Virus record (IMG/VR): IMGVR_UViG_3300029203_000004
DNA from: a virus
Direction: 5' to 3' (one strand)
DNA length: 64,000 nt
The notes under the pieces were generated by a model. The model was given only the letters and a program-made list of their open reading frames with translations, made no database searches and was not told the DNA's origin. Numbering within the stretch: the stretch's first letter is position 1; every line of letters begins with the position of its first letter. The position numbers and the translations under genes were made by a program. Positions 1 to 9,100 of this stretch are shown one piece after another.

Positions 1-84
1 CCCTGTGCAGCTAGACTGCCCCTGTGCAGCTAGACTGCCCCTGTGCAGCTAGACTGCCCCTGTGCAGCTAGACTGCCCCTGTGC
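1..84. repeat. Tandem repeat, 19-bp unit CTGTGCAGCTAGACTGCCC x ~4.4; runs into the left window edge
   Basis: Perfect copies start at 3, 22, 41, 60; a fifth starts at 79 and breaks after CTGTGC. GC-rich against an AT-rich flank; no spacers. Confidence 0.9.
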
Positions 85-132
85 TCCCTCGCTTTGCTTC
101 GGTCGCACACCAAATTTCCATTTACAAACAAA

Positions 133-417
133 TTAATTTTCATCTAACTCACGTATTAAATCATTAACATATTTTACACAGGAATCTAACTCGTCATACC
201 CGTCCAAAATCATAGCACCCACAGTAATGTGAAGTTTGTCTATCACTTCTTTTTTGAACAGCACAGCATTTGCCTTGCTTGTATCAGACTTTTCTATAAC
301 CGTTATTGCGGAATCAATTATCCTAGTTACTTCGGATGGCGGCATCATGGGAGTGTCAGCACCTTTCCTCCAAGACTGATATTCTCTCAATTTTTTAAGA
401 AGTTCTTTTTTTCTCAT
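133..417 (-). CDS. hypothetical protein (94 aa)
   Basis: ORF track; first gene of the co-oriented minus-strand block; no motif recognised. Confidence 0.6.
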   Translation of the reverse strand: MRKKELLKKLREYQSWRKGADTPMMPPSEVTRIIDSAITVIEKSDTSKANAVLFKKEVIDKLHITVGAMILDGYDELDSCVKYVNDLIRELDEN

Positions 418-430
418 GTGTTTAGTAAAT

Positions 431-478
431 AAGGGGTGATTATAGGCTAAATGAAGAGGGGCCTATAAAACACCCCTT
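431..478 (-). terminator. Nested hairpin between minus-strand genes (AAGGGGTG..TATAGGC / GCCTATA..CACCCCTT)
   Basis: Outer 8-bp and inner 7-bp complementary arms read directly; lies just downstream of the stop of 588..1295. Confidence 0.5.
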
Positions 479-587
479 TTATGTGATATGAAAAGATTTA
501 AAATTAAGGCAACAGTCCATAAGACAAATGTTGTTTTAATGATCTTTTATGGTACAAATATAATAATTATTGTGAATTAAGCCAAAA

Positions 588-1295
588 TTAAACAACAATC
601 TCCCAATCATCGGCAAATATATCGCTAATAGACGGAACCCATGAATCAGCACGTCCGGTATTCTCATTGTAGATAAGACACTGGCTTGTATAGTCAATAA
701 ATCCCTTACCTTTCAGAATAAGGTCTTTTGCCGATTGGGGAAGAGATTGCATCTTTGGAATAATGTCGCTTTCTATATGAGCCGGGATTTGCTTGAACAC
801 CATTAATCCTTTTCCGTTCCAACCACTTCTACGGATAGCACCACCTTGTTTGAGAATTTCAATAGCATCACCAAATGACATCTGATGTAGAGGTGCTTCG
901 GGGGAGCCATCAAGCCTACCAATACGACATTCCAATACATTGATGTACCTGCTCATGATTCTATGCTGCAAACGAAGCAAATAGTTCTGATATTTGTCTG
1001 TTACAACTTCGTCTATCTTACCGGATTCAATAAATGGAGATAGTTTATCCATCTTCTCATATAAATCTCGCATTTCAATATGCAAGCGGTCAAGAAAAGT
1101 ATCAGCTATTTTATACGCCTTTTCAAACGTATCTTTAGGGCTCCAACTTTCGTACCCATCTTCATAACGGACATAATAACCCTCATCATTGAAATTTTCT
1201 GTTGACGGTTTTTCTCTAAGAAGATGTTTTTCCCACGCATCACCTCTTGTCATAGGTTCCGCTTCAATTTGTTTTGTTCCAATGTACTTTTTCAT
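588..1295 (-). CDS. phage protein with C-terminal DUF2829 (Tad2-like) domain
   Basis: C-terminal ~95 aa MSFGDAIEILKQGGAIRRSGWNGKG...SWVPSISDIFADDWEIV fits the DUF2829 hallmark (FG.A...LK.G...R.GWngkg ... W.pS..D..a.DWei). Confidence 0.65.
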   Translation of the reverse strand: MKKYIGTKQIEAEPMTRGDAWEKHLLREKPSTENFNDEGYYVRYEDGYESWSPKDTFEKAYKIADTFLDRLHIEMRDLYEKMDKLSPFIESGKIDEVVTDKYQNYLLRLQHRIMSRYINVLECRIGRLDGSPEAPLHQMSFGDAIEILKQGGAIRRSGWNGKGLMVFKQIPAHIESDIIPKMQSLPQSAKDLILKGKGFIDYTSQCLIYNENTGRADSWVPSISDIFADDWEIVV

Positions 1296-1315
1296 TTCAA
1301 TCTAATTTAATTATT

Positions 1316-2002
1316 TTATAGTCCAAAATAAAGTATTTTAAATACATCCCTTTCTATCTTTGTCACAACGCTCTCATCAAACTTATCCTCGTCAATGCTT
1401 TTTATGTAGTCAACCAAAGAATGAATCTTCCTGTTAACATGAATCATAGTAGAACGGACATCATCAATCATCACGCTGTTTGAAGCCTTATCCATCCCCT
1501 TGTCTGCAAAAGTTCTTTCATGTATAGTTCCATCTTCCTCAATTTTGTATGAAGGAATTTTGAAGAACTCACAGATATCAAAACGACTAAAAAGACTAAC
1601 TGCATTCATTATACTTGTAATGTCATCATCAGAGCAATCCAAGACGATATCCCTATAATCTTCACACACCAAACAACTCTTAAAAGAAAAATATGGGATA
1701 TCATCTTCCGAATCAAAAAGCCATGTTTCTTTATACTCGTTTGTTTTCATCTCGACAAATCTAGAATGATCATAGCCAACAGACTTGTATTGATTGATAG
1801 TATCAATCCACCCCATAAGTTTAGACATTGTATCATTCAAATACTTTTCATATAACACAACATCATAATACAATGCAGGTAAAGTATTATCACGGGAATA
1901 GAAAGTTACAGGTTCAGAAATAGATTTCAAAACGGATAACTTACCCAACACAAAATTAAATATGTCAGCTAAAGGATATTTACTCTTTATTCGTTTCATC
2001 AT
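1316..2002 (-). CDS. hypothetical protein (228 aa)
   Basis: ORF track; 20-nt gap to the downstream gene; same strand. Confidence 0.65.
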   Translation of the reverse strand: MMKRIKSKYPLADIFNFVLGKLSVLKSISEPVTFYSRDNTLPALYYDVVLYEKYLNDTMSKLMGWIDTINQYKSVGYDHSRFVEMKTNEYKETWLFDSEDDIPYFSFKSCLVCEDYRDIVLDCSDDDITSIMNAVSLFSRFDICEFFKIPSYKIEEDGTIHERTFADKGMDKASNSVMIDDVRSTMIHVNRKIHSLVDYIKSIDEDKFDESVVTKIERDVFKILYFGL

Positions 2003-2018
2003 AAACTATAAATAAAAT

Positions 2019-2068
2019 CGGATGGAGGAAAACCCGAAATATGGCAAAAAAAGATAAACCTCCATCCG
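2019..2068 (-). terminator. 10-bp stem hairpin CGGATGGAGG / CCTCCATCCG with a 30-nt loop
   Basis: Perfect 10-bp inverted repeat in the 130-nt gap between 2133..2468 and 1316..2002. Confidence 0.4.
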
Positions 2069-2132
2069 CAAACAAAAACAAGAATTTAATCAATACAAGC
2101 AAAAATCACACATTTCAGAAAGCATTGCAATA

Positions 2133-2468
2133 CTAAAAGGGTAAATCATCCCGTCTTTCAGGTTGGACAGGTGCTGGTGCAGGCGCAGGTGCTGGTTGCG
2201 GCATATCTATCTTAAAACACCCAACTTCATTGTAATATTTACCCTGGTATTCTCTTGCTCTGATTTCAAGATGGGCAGTAATAGTATCACCCTCTTTCAA
2301 TTGAAGATCACACAAGTTGCCCATTACATAAAAATACACCTCTTTGGCATACATAGAACCAATTTCCTCAACGAGAAGATTTCTCTTTTGCCAAGGATTA
2401 CCTGCCTTACTTGTACCAGTCTGTAACTGACCTACTTTCTTTACTTTACAATTTAATACTAAATCCAT
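2133..2468 (-). CDS. DUF3127-type OB-fold/ssDNA-binding-like protein with SSB-like C-terminal DDLPF tail
   Basis: N-terminus ...GQLQTGTSKAGNPWQKRNLLVEE...REYQGKYYNEV resembles DUF3127. Pro/Ala linker PQPAPAPAPAPVQP then RRDDLPF, the canonical SSB tip. Confidence 0.65.
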   Translation of the reverse strand: MDLVLNCKVKKVGQLQTGTSKAGNPWQKRNLLVEEIGSMYAKEVYFYVMGNLCDLQLKEGDTITAHLEIRAREYQGKYYNEVGCFKIDMPQPAPAPAPAPVQPERRDDLPF

Positions 2469-2473
2469 TTTTT

Positions 2474-2674
2474 TTATTTTTTATACTTTTCCTCTTTGAT
2501 TTTGTCCAATTCTCTCATTGCGGACAGCCTTCTTTTGTGAGCGTCCACTCTTATCCAGAAAACCTTCCAACTAACTTCCTTACCGTTAGTTGTGTTCTCT
2601 TTAAGTATCTTGCCACATTTAAAAATCTCGTTGACAAGATAATCATACCGTTCTTTATCATAGCAATATCTCAT
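2474..2674 (-). CDS. hypothetical protein (66 aa)
   Basis: ORF track; 5-nt gap to the downstream gene on the same strand. Confidence 0.5.
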   Translation of the reverse strand: MRYCYDKERYDYLVNEIFKCGKILKENTTNGKEVSWKVFWIRVDAHKRRLSAMRELDKIKEEKYKK

Positions 2675-2733
2675 GCGACAAAAGTAATATTAAAAAATAA
2701 ACTAACACAGAAAACAATACTAAAAATAGTTAA

Positions 2734-3330
2734 CTAAATGGTTAATTCTTCCTCTTCCTCTTTCGACAATGCTTCCACATCACCATCTTCACCTTTAGGG
2801 AAATACAGTTCGTCAAGATAATTGCTCGCTTCACTCTTTTCAGTGAAACTCTTTATAACACTCCCCCGTTTGCTAACGACACGGTAACTAATATTATCCT
2901 CTGCTACAACTTTGTAACAATTTAAATCATCCACATCTACAACATCGGGAGCATTATCATCAATACGCATCATGCTCAATATATGAGAATACTCGTTCAC
3001 CTTCACCGTACAGGAAAAAACATTAGGAACTGGTTCTATTATCAATCCGGCATTTATCAATGAATCAAAAACAGAACGCCTGGGCTTGTATTTCAGTTGC
3101 CTCCTTATAAACTTCAACGTTATCATATTATCTCCCCTCTGTGCGGATAATACGCACAAACGTAATACCCGTAACGCATCAATACTACATAGAGGTGAAA
3201 GGTACTTGTACAACTGGACAGGAGTAAATTTATGGTAATAATCAAATACTCCCTCTTCCTCTATTTCCCTTACACGCCTTTCCCTTTCCTTGTTCCTTAC
3301 CGTCAAATTAGTGGTTTTCCTTACCGACAT
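2734..3330 (-). CDS. hypothetical protein (198 aa), acidic C-terminus
   Basis: ORF track; tight packing. Confidence 0.65.
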   Translation of the reverse strand: MSVRKTTNLTVRNKERERRVREIEEEGVFDYYHKFTPVQLYKYLSPLCSIDALRVLRLCVLSAQRGDNMITLKFIRRQLKYKPRRSVFDSLINAGLIIEPVPNVFSCTVKVNEYSHILSMMRIDDNAPDVVDVDDLNCYKVVAEDNISYRVVSKRGSVIKSFTEKSEASNYLDELYFPKGEDGDVEALSKEEEEELTI

Positions 3331-3333
3331 AGA

Positions 3334-4020
3334 CTACCCTTTCCATGTATCGTTTTCCTTTATCCATTTACGTTCATCATCACTAAGATCACCTGTTGAT
3401 TCACGATGATATACACACTTGTTGCATAACCCTGCCTTGGCACGTACACACTTGTCGCAATCGTATGGGAAAAACGCTATGGTGGTCTTGTCATAGAAAT
3501 CCTCACTAGCATCATCGTCAGAAAGCCATCCTTTGAACTTTGCAAGCATATCAAGCGCACCTTTCACATCCTTAAAATCAGCAGTGTCTATATCAGAACG
3601 CTTTAGGAAACTTTCTATAAGGCTTATCGCATCTTCAAATTCAAGGTTATCCTTGTTTATCAAAGTCTTTGTCTTTTCCTTATTCTCACCTTCCAATACA
3701 CGCCTCATGGATGGTGTCACATAATCGGAAGCAAGCATGGAAGATTTGGCATAATTGACAATCTGGGTTATTCTTGGAGAGTTCACCCATTGCTTGGCTT
3801 TCATAAGCAAAGAACGCTCTGACATACCCTCGTCAACAACGTGCGTAGCCTTGTAAAACAAGACAGGATTGGTATCTATGACATAAGCGGACGCAGCCCA
3901 TAACTCCATCTCATTCGCATCATCAATATGCTTTGCTATATCAATCTTCTTCTGTTTTTCATCGTCAATAAGAAGATTGTTACTAAGGGGAAGTTTACCC
4001 CATCCTTTATTCAAACCCAT
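3334..4020 (-). CDS. hypothetical protein with C-terminal Cys cluster (CDKC..CNKC)
   Basis: ORF track; FFPYDCDKCVRAKAGLCNKCVYH suggests a zinc ribbon. Confidence 0.65.
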   Translation of the reverse strand: MGLNKGWGKLPLSNNLLIDDEKQKKIDIAKHIDDANEMELWAASAYVIDTNPVLFYKATHVVDEGMSERSLLMKAKQWVNSPRITQIVNYAKSSMLASDYVTPSMRRVLEGENKEKTKTLINKDNLEFEDAISLIESFLKRSDIDTADFKDVKGALDMLAKFKGWLSDDDASEDFYDKTTIAFFPYDCDKCVRAKAGLCNKCVYHRESTGDLSDDERKWIKENDTWKG

Positions 4021-4295
4021 TACCTTTCCTCCTTTATCTTAGATTTTATCTCCCTTACCCTCTCGTCAAGTTCAGAAGAATATTTAAAAAGATTGTATAT
4101 GCTACTCCTGTCAATACATAGGAAATCAGAAATATCAGACATACTTAAACCCATGTCACGCATAACACAGCACACAAGCGCACGGTTCATAACAATATCA
4201 TGCTTCCTACTTTTCCTGTTAATATCAGTATCGGAAAGACCGCTTGCCGCTAAAACTCTCCGATACATCAAAGCATTGTCAGCCTTTTTCCCCAT
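4020..4295 (-). CDS. small helix-turn-helix DNA-binding protein (DnaA C-terminal-domain-like)
   Basis: SRKHDIVMNRALVCCVMRDMGLSMSDISDFLCIDRSSIYN resembles the DnaA domain IV HTH. Its stop (4020-4022) overlaps the last base of the start codon (4018-4020) of 3334..4020. Confidence 0.5.
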   Translation of the reverse strand: MGKKADNALMYRRVLAASGLSDTDINRKSRKHDIVMNRALVCCVMRDMGLSMSDISDFLCIDRSSIYNLFKYSSELDERVREIKSKIKEER

Positions 4296-4779
4296 TTCTC
4301 ACATTTTCCTTATCTACAATTAATTGCATTATATCAGCGTAGCCAGCCAAGTCAACCATATTGTCACGCTTTTTATGGAATCCCTGTCTGCATAGTTTTA
4401 CAGCTATCTGTACAGCAACACAGTCATAAGGAGATAATTCCTTTCCCGTAATCAAAGAAGCCATCTTGGAAATATTTTCAAAATTGGCTACAGCATCACC
4501 ATAGTCAGACTGCCTGCTGTTGCTGCGGATATCCTTTGCCTCATCAAGAATACTTCTCTCTTTAACATGATCAACATAAGCAATACAATCCGAGAAAAGA
4601 ATATACTCTTTACCCTGGTCATCCGCACAAAGAAACTTTTCACCATTCTCAAAACAGTATTTAACAGTGACAAATTTACCGAACACATTTGACTTGCTTA
4701 CAGAATCTTCACCATGAAGTGAAATGTATTTATCACGGTTTATAATTTTTACCCTACTGTTCAACTTAACTCCAATCAT
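4279..4779 (-). CDS. hypothetical protein (166 aa)
   Basis: ORF track; overlaps its neighbours by a few nt, as expected for an operon. Confidence 0.65.
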   Translation of the reverse strand: MIGVKLNSRVKIINRDKYISLHGEDSVSKSNVFGKFVTVKYCFENGEKFLCADDQGKEYILFSDCIAYVDHVKERSILDEAKDIRSNSRQSDYGDAVANFENISKMASLITGKELSPYDCVAVQIAVKLCRQGFHKKRDNMVDLAGYADIMQLIVDKENVRNGEKG

Positions 4780-4943
4780 AACAAATCACCAACTTTTATG
4801 TTATCCGCATCCTTCTTATCAGAAAAGAAAATACGATCATACTTCGTTTCACCAAACTCAACAAACATAGCTAAGATAAAATACTTGTTCAGTACACTAT
4901 CATAACCCTTGTCGTAAATCTTGTTTATCTTTTTTGTTTTCAT
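4776..4943 (-). CDS. small hypothetical protein (55 aa, below the ORF-track cutoff)
   Basis: Hand translation gives MKTKKINKIYDKGYDSVLNKYFILAMFVEFGETKYDRIFFSDKKDADNIKVGDLL. ATGA overlap with the 4279..4779 start; fills an otherwise empty 166-nt gap. Confidence 0.45.
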   Translation of the reverse strand: MKTKKINKIYDKGYDSVLNKYFILAMFVEFGETKYDRIFFSDKKDADNIKVGDLL

Positions 4944-4945
4944 AC

Positions 4946-5404
4946 TTACTTACCTGCATTGTTTGTAGAACCAAAACCTCCATCACCCCTATCCGTTGAA
5001 TCAAGGCTTTCAACCTCAACAAATTCAACCTCAATATAATTACTGAAAAGAAGCTGAGCAATCCTCTCCTTGGCAGCAATATAGAAAGGCTCTTTCTCAA
5101 AACTCTTCACTATAACACCGATACAACCAGTATAGTCACAATCAATAACACCATCCAACACATCAGCGTCATGATACTTCCCGTCAACGCCAATAATACC
5201 TTTCAGAGAAAATCCACTTCGAGGCTTGATAATAGCCTTCATATTTGATGGCATCTGAATGGCTATACCAAGTTTAATCAGATTACGACCTTTTCTTATC
5301 AACGTGTTGTCAGGAACATACAAATCATACCCGGCAGCACCATCAGTTTTTTTTTCGGGAAGAACTGCATCCCGTCTTAATTTTACAAATTTTACTTGAT
5401 TCAT
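4946..5404 (-). CDS. dut: dUTP diphosphatase (dUTPase)
   Basis: Motifs AAGYDL, PRSGFS, GVIDCDYTG, RIAQLL and C-terminal RGDGGFGST. Confidence 0.9.
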   Translation of the reverse strand: MNQVKFVKLRRDAVLPEKKTDGAAGYDLYVPDNTLIRKGRNLIKLGIAIQMPSNMKAIIKPRSGFSLKGIIGVDGKYHDADVLDGVIDCDYTGCIGVIVKSFEKEPFYIAAKERIAQLLFSNYIEVEFVEVESLDSTDRGDGGFGSTNNAGK

Positions 5405-5862
5405 TTTTTATTTCCTTTTCTCTTTAAATCATACATAGCGCATTCCCTGCTTCTGTAAATCTTGCTTGCAGGATAAATCACATCATTAACAATAACAAAG
5501 CCGACAACAGGATCTGTAATGGGAACAACTTCACCATCAACAATAGTAAAATTATTCTCGGATAAAAGCCTTCTCATGGCAGCAATCTGTTCGAGAGTAG
5601 CCTTTGATATATCATAGTTGTTAGAAAAGTTAAACTCTAAATTACAGATAAGAACATTCTTGTCCTTATATAAGAAATTAGCTTTCAAACCACCAGTATT
5701 AATAAATACATAATCTATTAAATCTCCTGTTCTGCTTTTAGCAAACAGGAAATCTCCTTTCTTGAAATCGTCAATCTTGACTAGTTCATAAGTGCGCTCA
5801 TCAATCTTCTTCAATGAATACCCATCAGGTAGTTTTATTACACTTGCATCTGTCTTACCCAT
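5401..5862 (-). CDS. hypothetical protein (153 aa)
   Basis: ORF track; 4-nt overlap with dut. Confidence 0.65.
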   Translation of the reverse strand: MGKTDASVIKLPDGYSLKKIDERTYELVKIDDFKKGDFLFAKSRTGDLIDYVFINTGGLKANFLYKDKNVLICNLEFNFSNNYDISKATLEQIAAMRRLLSENNFTIVDGEVVPITDPVVGFVIVNDVIYPASKIYRSRECAMYDLKRKGNKK

Positions 5863-6070
5863 TTCTTTCCTCCGTATTTAACCTGAATGCAGCCTCCCTA
5901 GCCTGATCCTTCGTTCTATACAACTCTATTTTTTCAAACATACGACCATCATCACAGTCATACGTACATAAGGTGACAGCCCACATATTACCACGCGGAG
6001 AATAGAAATACCTGCCGTAATCCTTTCCCATCACCTTACCGTCAATCCTTATTTCTCCTTTATTAGCCAT
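5855..6070 (-). CDS. hypothetical protein (71 aa)
   Basis: ORF track; overlaps the downstream gene by 8 nt. Confidence 0.55.
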   Translation of the reverse strand: MANKGEIRIDGKVMGKDYGRYFYSPRGNMWAVTLCTYDCDDGRMFEKIELYRTKDQAREAAFRLNTEERNG

Positions 6071-6078
6071 AACATGCC

Positions 6079-6621
6079 TTATTTCCTCACCCCGAACTTT
6101 TTCCTAAACTCATCAATAGAGCACGCTATTCGCTGACCAAGTTGGTCCACATACAAAACAGCATCTTTAATCATTTTATCATTCTCGGCAAGCATGTGGA
6201 TAATACTGTCAACAACACACTCTTTGCCGCTACCTAATTCAACATACTTATTACCCATGACAATGCAGTCTTTTTCCTTCAAAGGAACAATACGTTCAAT
6301 CTTGCTTTCACGATATTTTTTCAATTTTTCAAAGAACTCACGGTGCATGACACGCTCGTTATCATCCATCACATGATAAAATTCACAGCAAATACCGTGA
6401 ACATTATCCACTGTATTAATCTCATCAAGGTTGTCAATCACATTCTGCAATGCGTCAAAGAAATTCACATCATGCTCATCCAATACTTCTTCCATCATTC
6501 TGTCAATGGAAGCAATAGCCGCGTTCTTGAAATCAATATCGTCACAACGAAATCCCAAAGAGATATAATTACGCAAGGAAAGAAGGTTTTCCTTAAAATC
6601 AATTCCTATTCCAATATCCAT
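6079..6621 (-). CDS. hypothetical protein (180 aa)
   Basis: ORF track; co-oriented. Confidence 0.65.
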   Translation of the reverse strand: MDIGIGIDFKENLLSLRNYISLGFRCDDIDFKNAAIASIDRMMEEVLDEHDVNFFDALQNVIDNLDEINTVDNVHGICCEFYHVMDDNERVMHREFFEKLKKYRESKIERIVPLKEKDCIVMGNKYVELGSGKECVVDSIIHMLAENDKMIKDAVLYVDQLGQRIACSIDEFRKKFGVRK

Positions 6622-7583
6622 TTCCTAAATTCTTTAATGTTAATACTCTTCAAATTATTAATAACAGCATCTCCGATATCATCGTTATGCTTCAATCCTA
6701 AAGACAGGCTAGGGAACTCCCACCATCTCGCCACACGTCCTTTGTCACCCCACAAAGATATAGCTTTATTATCAAAGTCGGGGAATAAAATAACATTTTT
6801 TGGCAATTTATTTCCAAGTTGGTTCATTCCGCCACAAGCTGTCCATATAAAACCGTTACCGAAAGCCATAGATGCGATAAGGGCGGTTTTCTCTGATTCA
6901 ACCATACAAGTTATCGCATCGCTGCAATACTCCCCTAAAAACGGCTTAAAAAAGCCACGATGGGTAAACCCTTCGCCCGTAGTAAACTTCCTGAAAGCAT
7001 GGGTTTCCTTCTTCCTGTGACCGTTCACCCCATATCTTATCCTGTTGTCATGGCATACGTTACCATCCTTGTCAGAATACCAGAATACAGAGGATTCCCT
7101 TCCAAGACACCCTACCTTGTACCTTGAAAACACATCATTCACGGAATCAACACCGAAAACACCTAAAAGGTACTCATACAGATTACTCCCCTTCCAATGC
7201 CCGGCATCGCTAAGCCTGTCAACATACTTCACATCAACAAACCTTGATTCCTGTCTACCCGAATCATACTCCCTCTCGTAGAAATCCTTCAAACTCATCC
7301 TGCAACCGTCCGGGCTTGACAGAATCCTAAAAGCATCAGAAGCACTACTGCAACCGGGAAGATAAGATACAAGAAAGTCAAACAGGTTGACAGAATCACC
7401 GCCCTGTTCGGTAACGGTAATACTGCCCGACTTGTTCATATAGAAAACCAGCTTGTCCTTCCTGCTATGGCTCTCCAGATTTATCCTGGCAGGTAAAGTC
7501 CACCGTTTTCCCCTACGTCTGAGAGGAAGACCAAGCACAGTGTCAAGATTGGAAAAAATATAATCATAATCAATACTAGCCAT
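6606..7583 (-). CDS. Toprim-domain primase-like protein
   Basis: VESEKTALIASMAF (Toprim Glu) and ILFPDFDNKA (DxD) in the C-terminal half; sits in the replication module with the D5/P4 helicase. Confidence 0.55.
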   Translation of the reverse strand: MASIDYDYIFSNLDTVLGLPLRRRGKRWTLPARINLESHSRKDKLVFYMNKSGSITVTEQGGDSVNLFDFLVSYLPGCSSASDAFRILSSPDGCRMSLKDFYEREYDSGRQESRFVDVKYVDRLSDAGHWKGSNLYEYLLGVFGVDSVNDVFSRYKVGCLGRESSVFWYSDKDGNVCHDNRIRYGVNGHRKKETHAFRKFTTGEGFTHRGFFKPFLGEYCSDAITCMVESEKTALIASMAFGNGFIWTACGGMNQLGNKLPKNVILFPDFDNKAISLWGDKGRVARWWEFPSLSLGLKHNDDIGDAVINNLKSINIKEFRKWILE

Positions 7584-7587
7584 GTCA

Positions 7588-7821
7588 CTACTTAAAATTA
7601 CGCCATCCCTGTTTCAAATCCCTGAAGAAATCGCTCAACGTATAACGATAACCATCAGGGTATCCCAGAAAATCAGAAAGGCATGAAATATATCCATTAG
7701 GCTTACGACCGCTCGTCCATCGGTACACCATTTCGGCAGGAACCATAAACACAAGAAGAACAAATACAATGTCAATGTATATGAGAAACATGACAAAACG
7801 AACAAAGCATCTCATAATCAT
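7588..7821 (-). CDS. small membrane protein (77 aa from the internal ATG)
   Basis: Start moved to MIMRCF.., whose ATG overlaps the upstream stop as ATGA. Hydrophobic stretch FVMFLIYIDIVFVLLVFMV. Confidence 0.45.
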   Translation of the reverse strand: MIMRCFVRFVMFLIYIDIVFVLLVFMVPAEMVYRWTSGRKPNGYISCLSDFLGYPDGYRYTLSDFFRDLKQGWRNFK

Positions 7822-8420
7822 TCCTCCACATCCCCTAAAAGAAGTTTCTTTGCATAACGCAACGCAAACTCCCAATTGTAATAAAACGTACCTAGCAAAT
7901 CAAAAAACAGGCTATACACGGCATTCTTGTAACCATCGGGAACGAAATACATGATATCATCCATCATACGGATATCATCACTGAACCTAGCATTCTTTGT
8001 CGTATAACGCCACAAACCGCCAACGGCAAGTATCTTGGCGTGTTCATAAACATGATAGTCAATGGAATATACATCACAAACGTAATCATTAAACCAATCT
8101 TCATTGTCTAGTACACCACTAACAGGGCTTGCCGACAAAATCATATTAACAAACACACCAAAATGACAATACTGCTCTATCTTACCCGAATCATTATCAA
8201 ACTCAACCTTGAAAGCATCCTTGCCACTCTCATTAATACTGCAAACCATATCACTTACGTAAAGCGTCTTTAACCACTGGCTGAAATTATACCTTTTCAA
8301 ACCAGCCCTGTTACGAGATTCATTTATCGCACACTGGGCATCAGACACACATACATACCAATCAGAAGTAACACGAATACTTCTATCAAATAAAACAATC
8401 TCTTTATTATCCATACACAA
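7818..8420 (-). CDS. hypothetical protein (200 aa)
   Basis: ORF track. Confidence 0.65.
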   Translation of the reverse strand: MCMDNKEIVLFDRSIRVTSDWYVCVSDAQCAINESRNRAGLKRYNFSQWLKTLYVSDMVCSINESGKDAFKVEFDNDSGKIEQYCHFGVFVNMILSASPVSGVLDNEDWFNDYVCDVYSIDYHVYEHAKILAVGGLWRYTTKNARFSDDIRMMDDIMYFVPDGYKNAVYSLFFDLLGTFYYNWEFALRYAKKLLLGDVEE

Positions 8421-8484
8421 TAAAATTTTTCAGCAAAAATACATATTAAAGTAATATGGCAAAAACAATAACAGTTAAACAATA

Positions 8485-9099
8485 TTAAACAGATAACTTA
8501 TTATCCTTCCATTTTTTAGCTTTCAACAAACCAACACGGACAGCTTCATTGTTATTCCATTTAAAAATGTCACACATAAGAGATATATATTCATGAATCT
8601 TATCTCTATACAACAACTGTTCTTCTGTTGCGTGTTGCCAATCTGTTGTTATACCACATTCTTCTTTTATCATAGTGCACAATAAAGACATAGCTTTTGA
8701 GAACTGGCTTTTATTGGAACAATTATTATACAGCGCACCAGTCATTTCTTTAAATGAATCACCGCTATCATTACGATATTCAAGAAGTTTGTCGAATAAC
8801 CATTCATACACCTCAACTTTCAACTTTGGATTTATCGCCAACGCCAAATCCAAGAATAAAAAAGGATGAACCCATGTATGATGCCCTCTACCCCTTCCGC
8901 TAATAATAGCAGTACCATATTTTTTTTCTAACTCCACAATAAACTCTCTTGTATTATTGCTTTGCCGCCATTCATGCCATGAAAACAAAGATTTACCATT
9001 TTTTAAAAGCCAATTATTACCAGCTTTAATCAAATCCGTAGCAGAATACATTCCACTATCAGAAACAGTTATTTTTTGACCAAAAATAGATGTATCCAT
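8485..9099 (-). CDS. KilA-N domain protein
   Basis: N-terminus ...MYSATDLIKAGN...REFIVELEKKYG..ISGRGRGHHTWVHPFLFLDLALAINPKLKVEVYEW is typical of KilA-N. Confidence 0.7.
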   Translation of the reverse strand: MDTSIFGQKITVSDSGMYSATDLIKAGNNWLLKNGKSLFSWHEWRQSNNTREFIVELEKKYGTAIISGRGRGHHTWVHPFLFLDLALAINPKLKVEVYEWLFDKLLEYRNDSGDSFKEMTGALYNNCSNKSQFSKAMSLLCTMIKEECGITTDWQHATEEQLLYRDKIHEYISLMCDIFKWNNNEAVRVGLLKAKKWKDNKLSV

Positions 9100-9100
9100 A

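Noticed and set aside
1-84. Possible CRISPR array
   Set aside because: The 19-bp units are directly abutting with no spacers, so this is a tandem repeat and not a repeat-spacer array.
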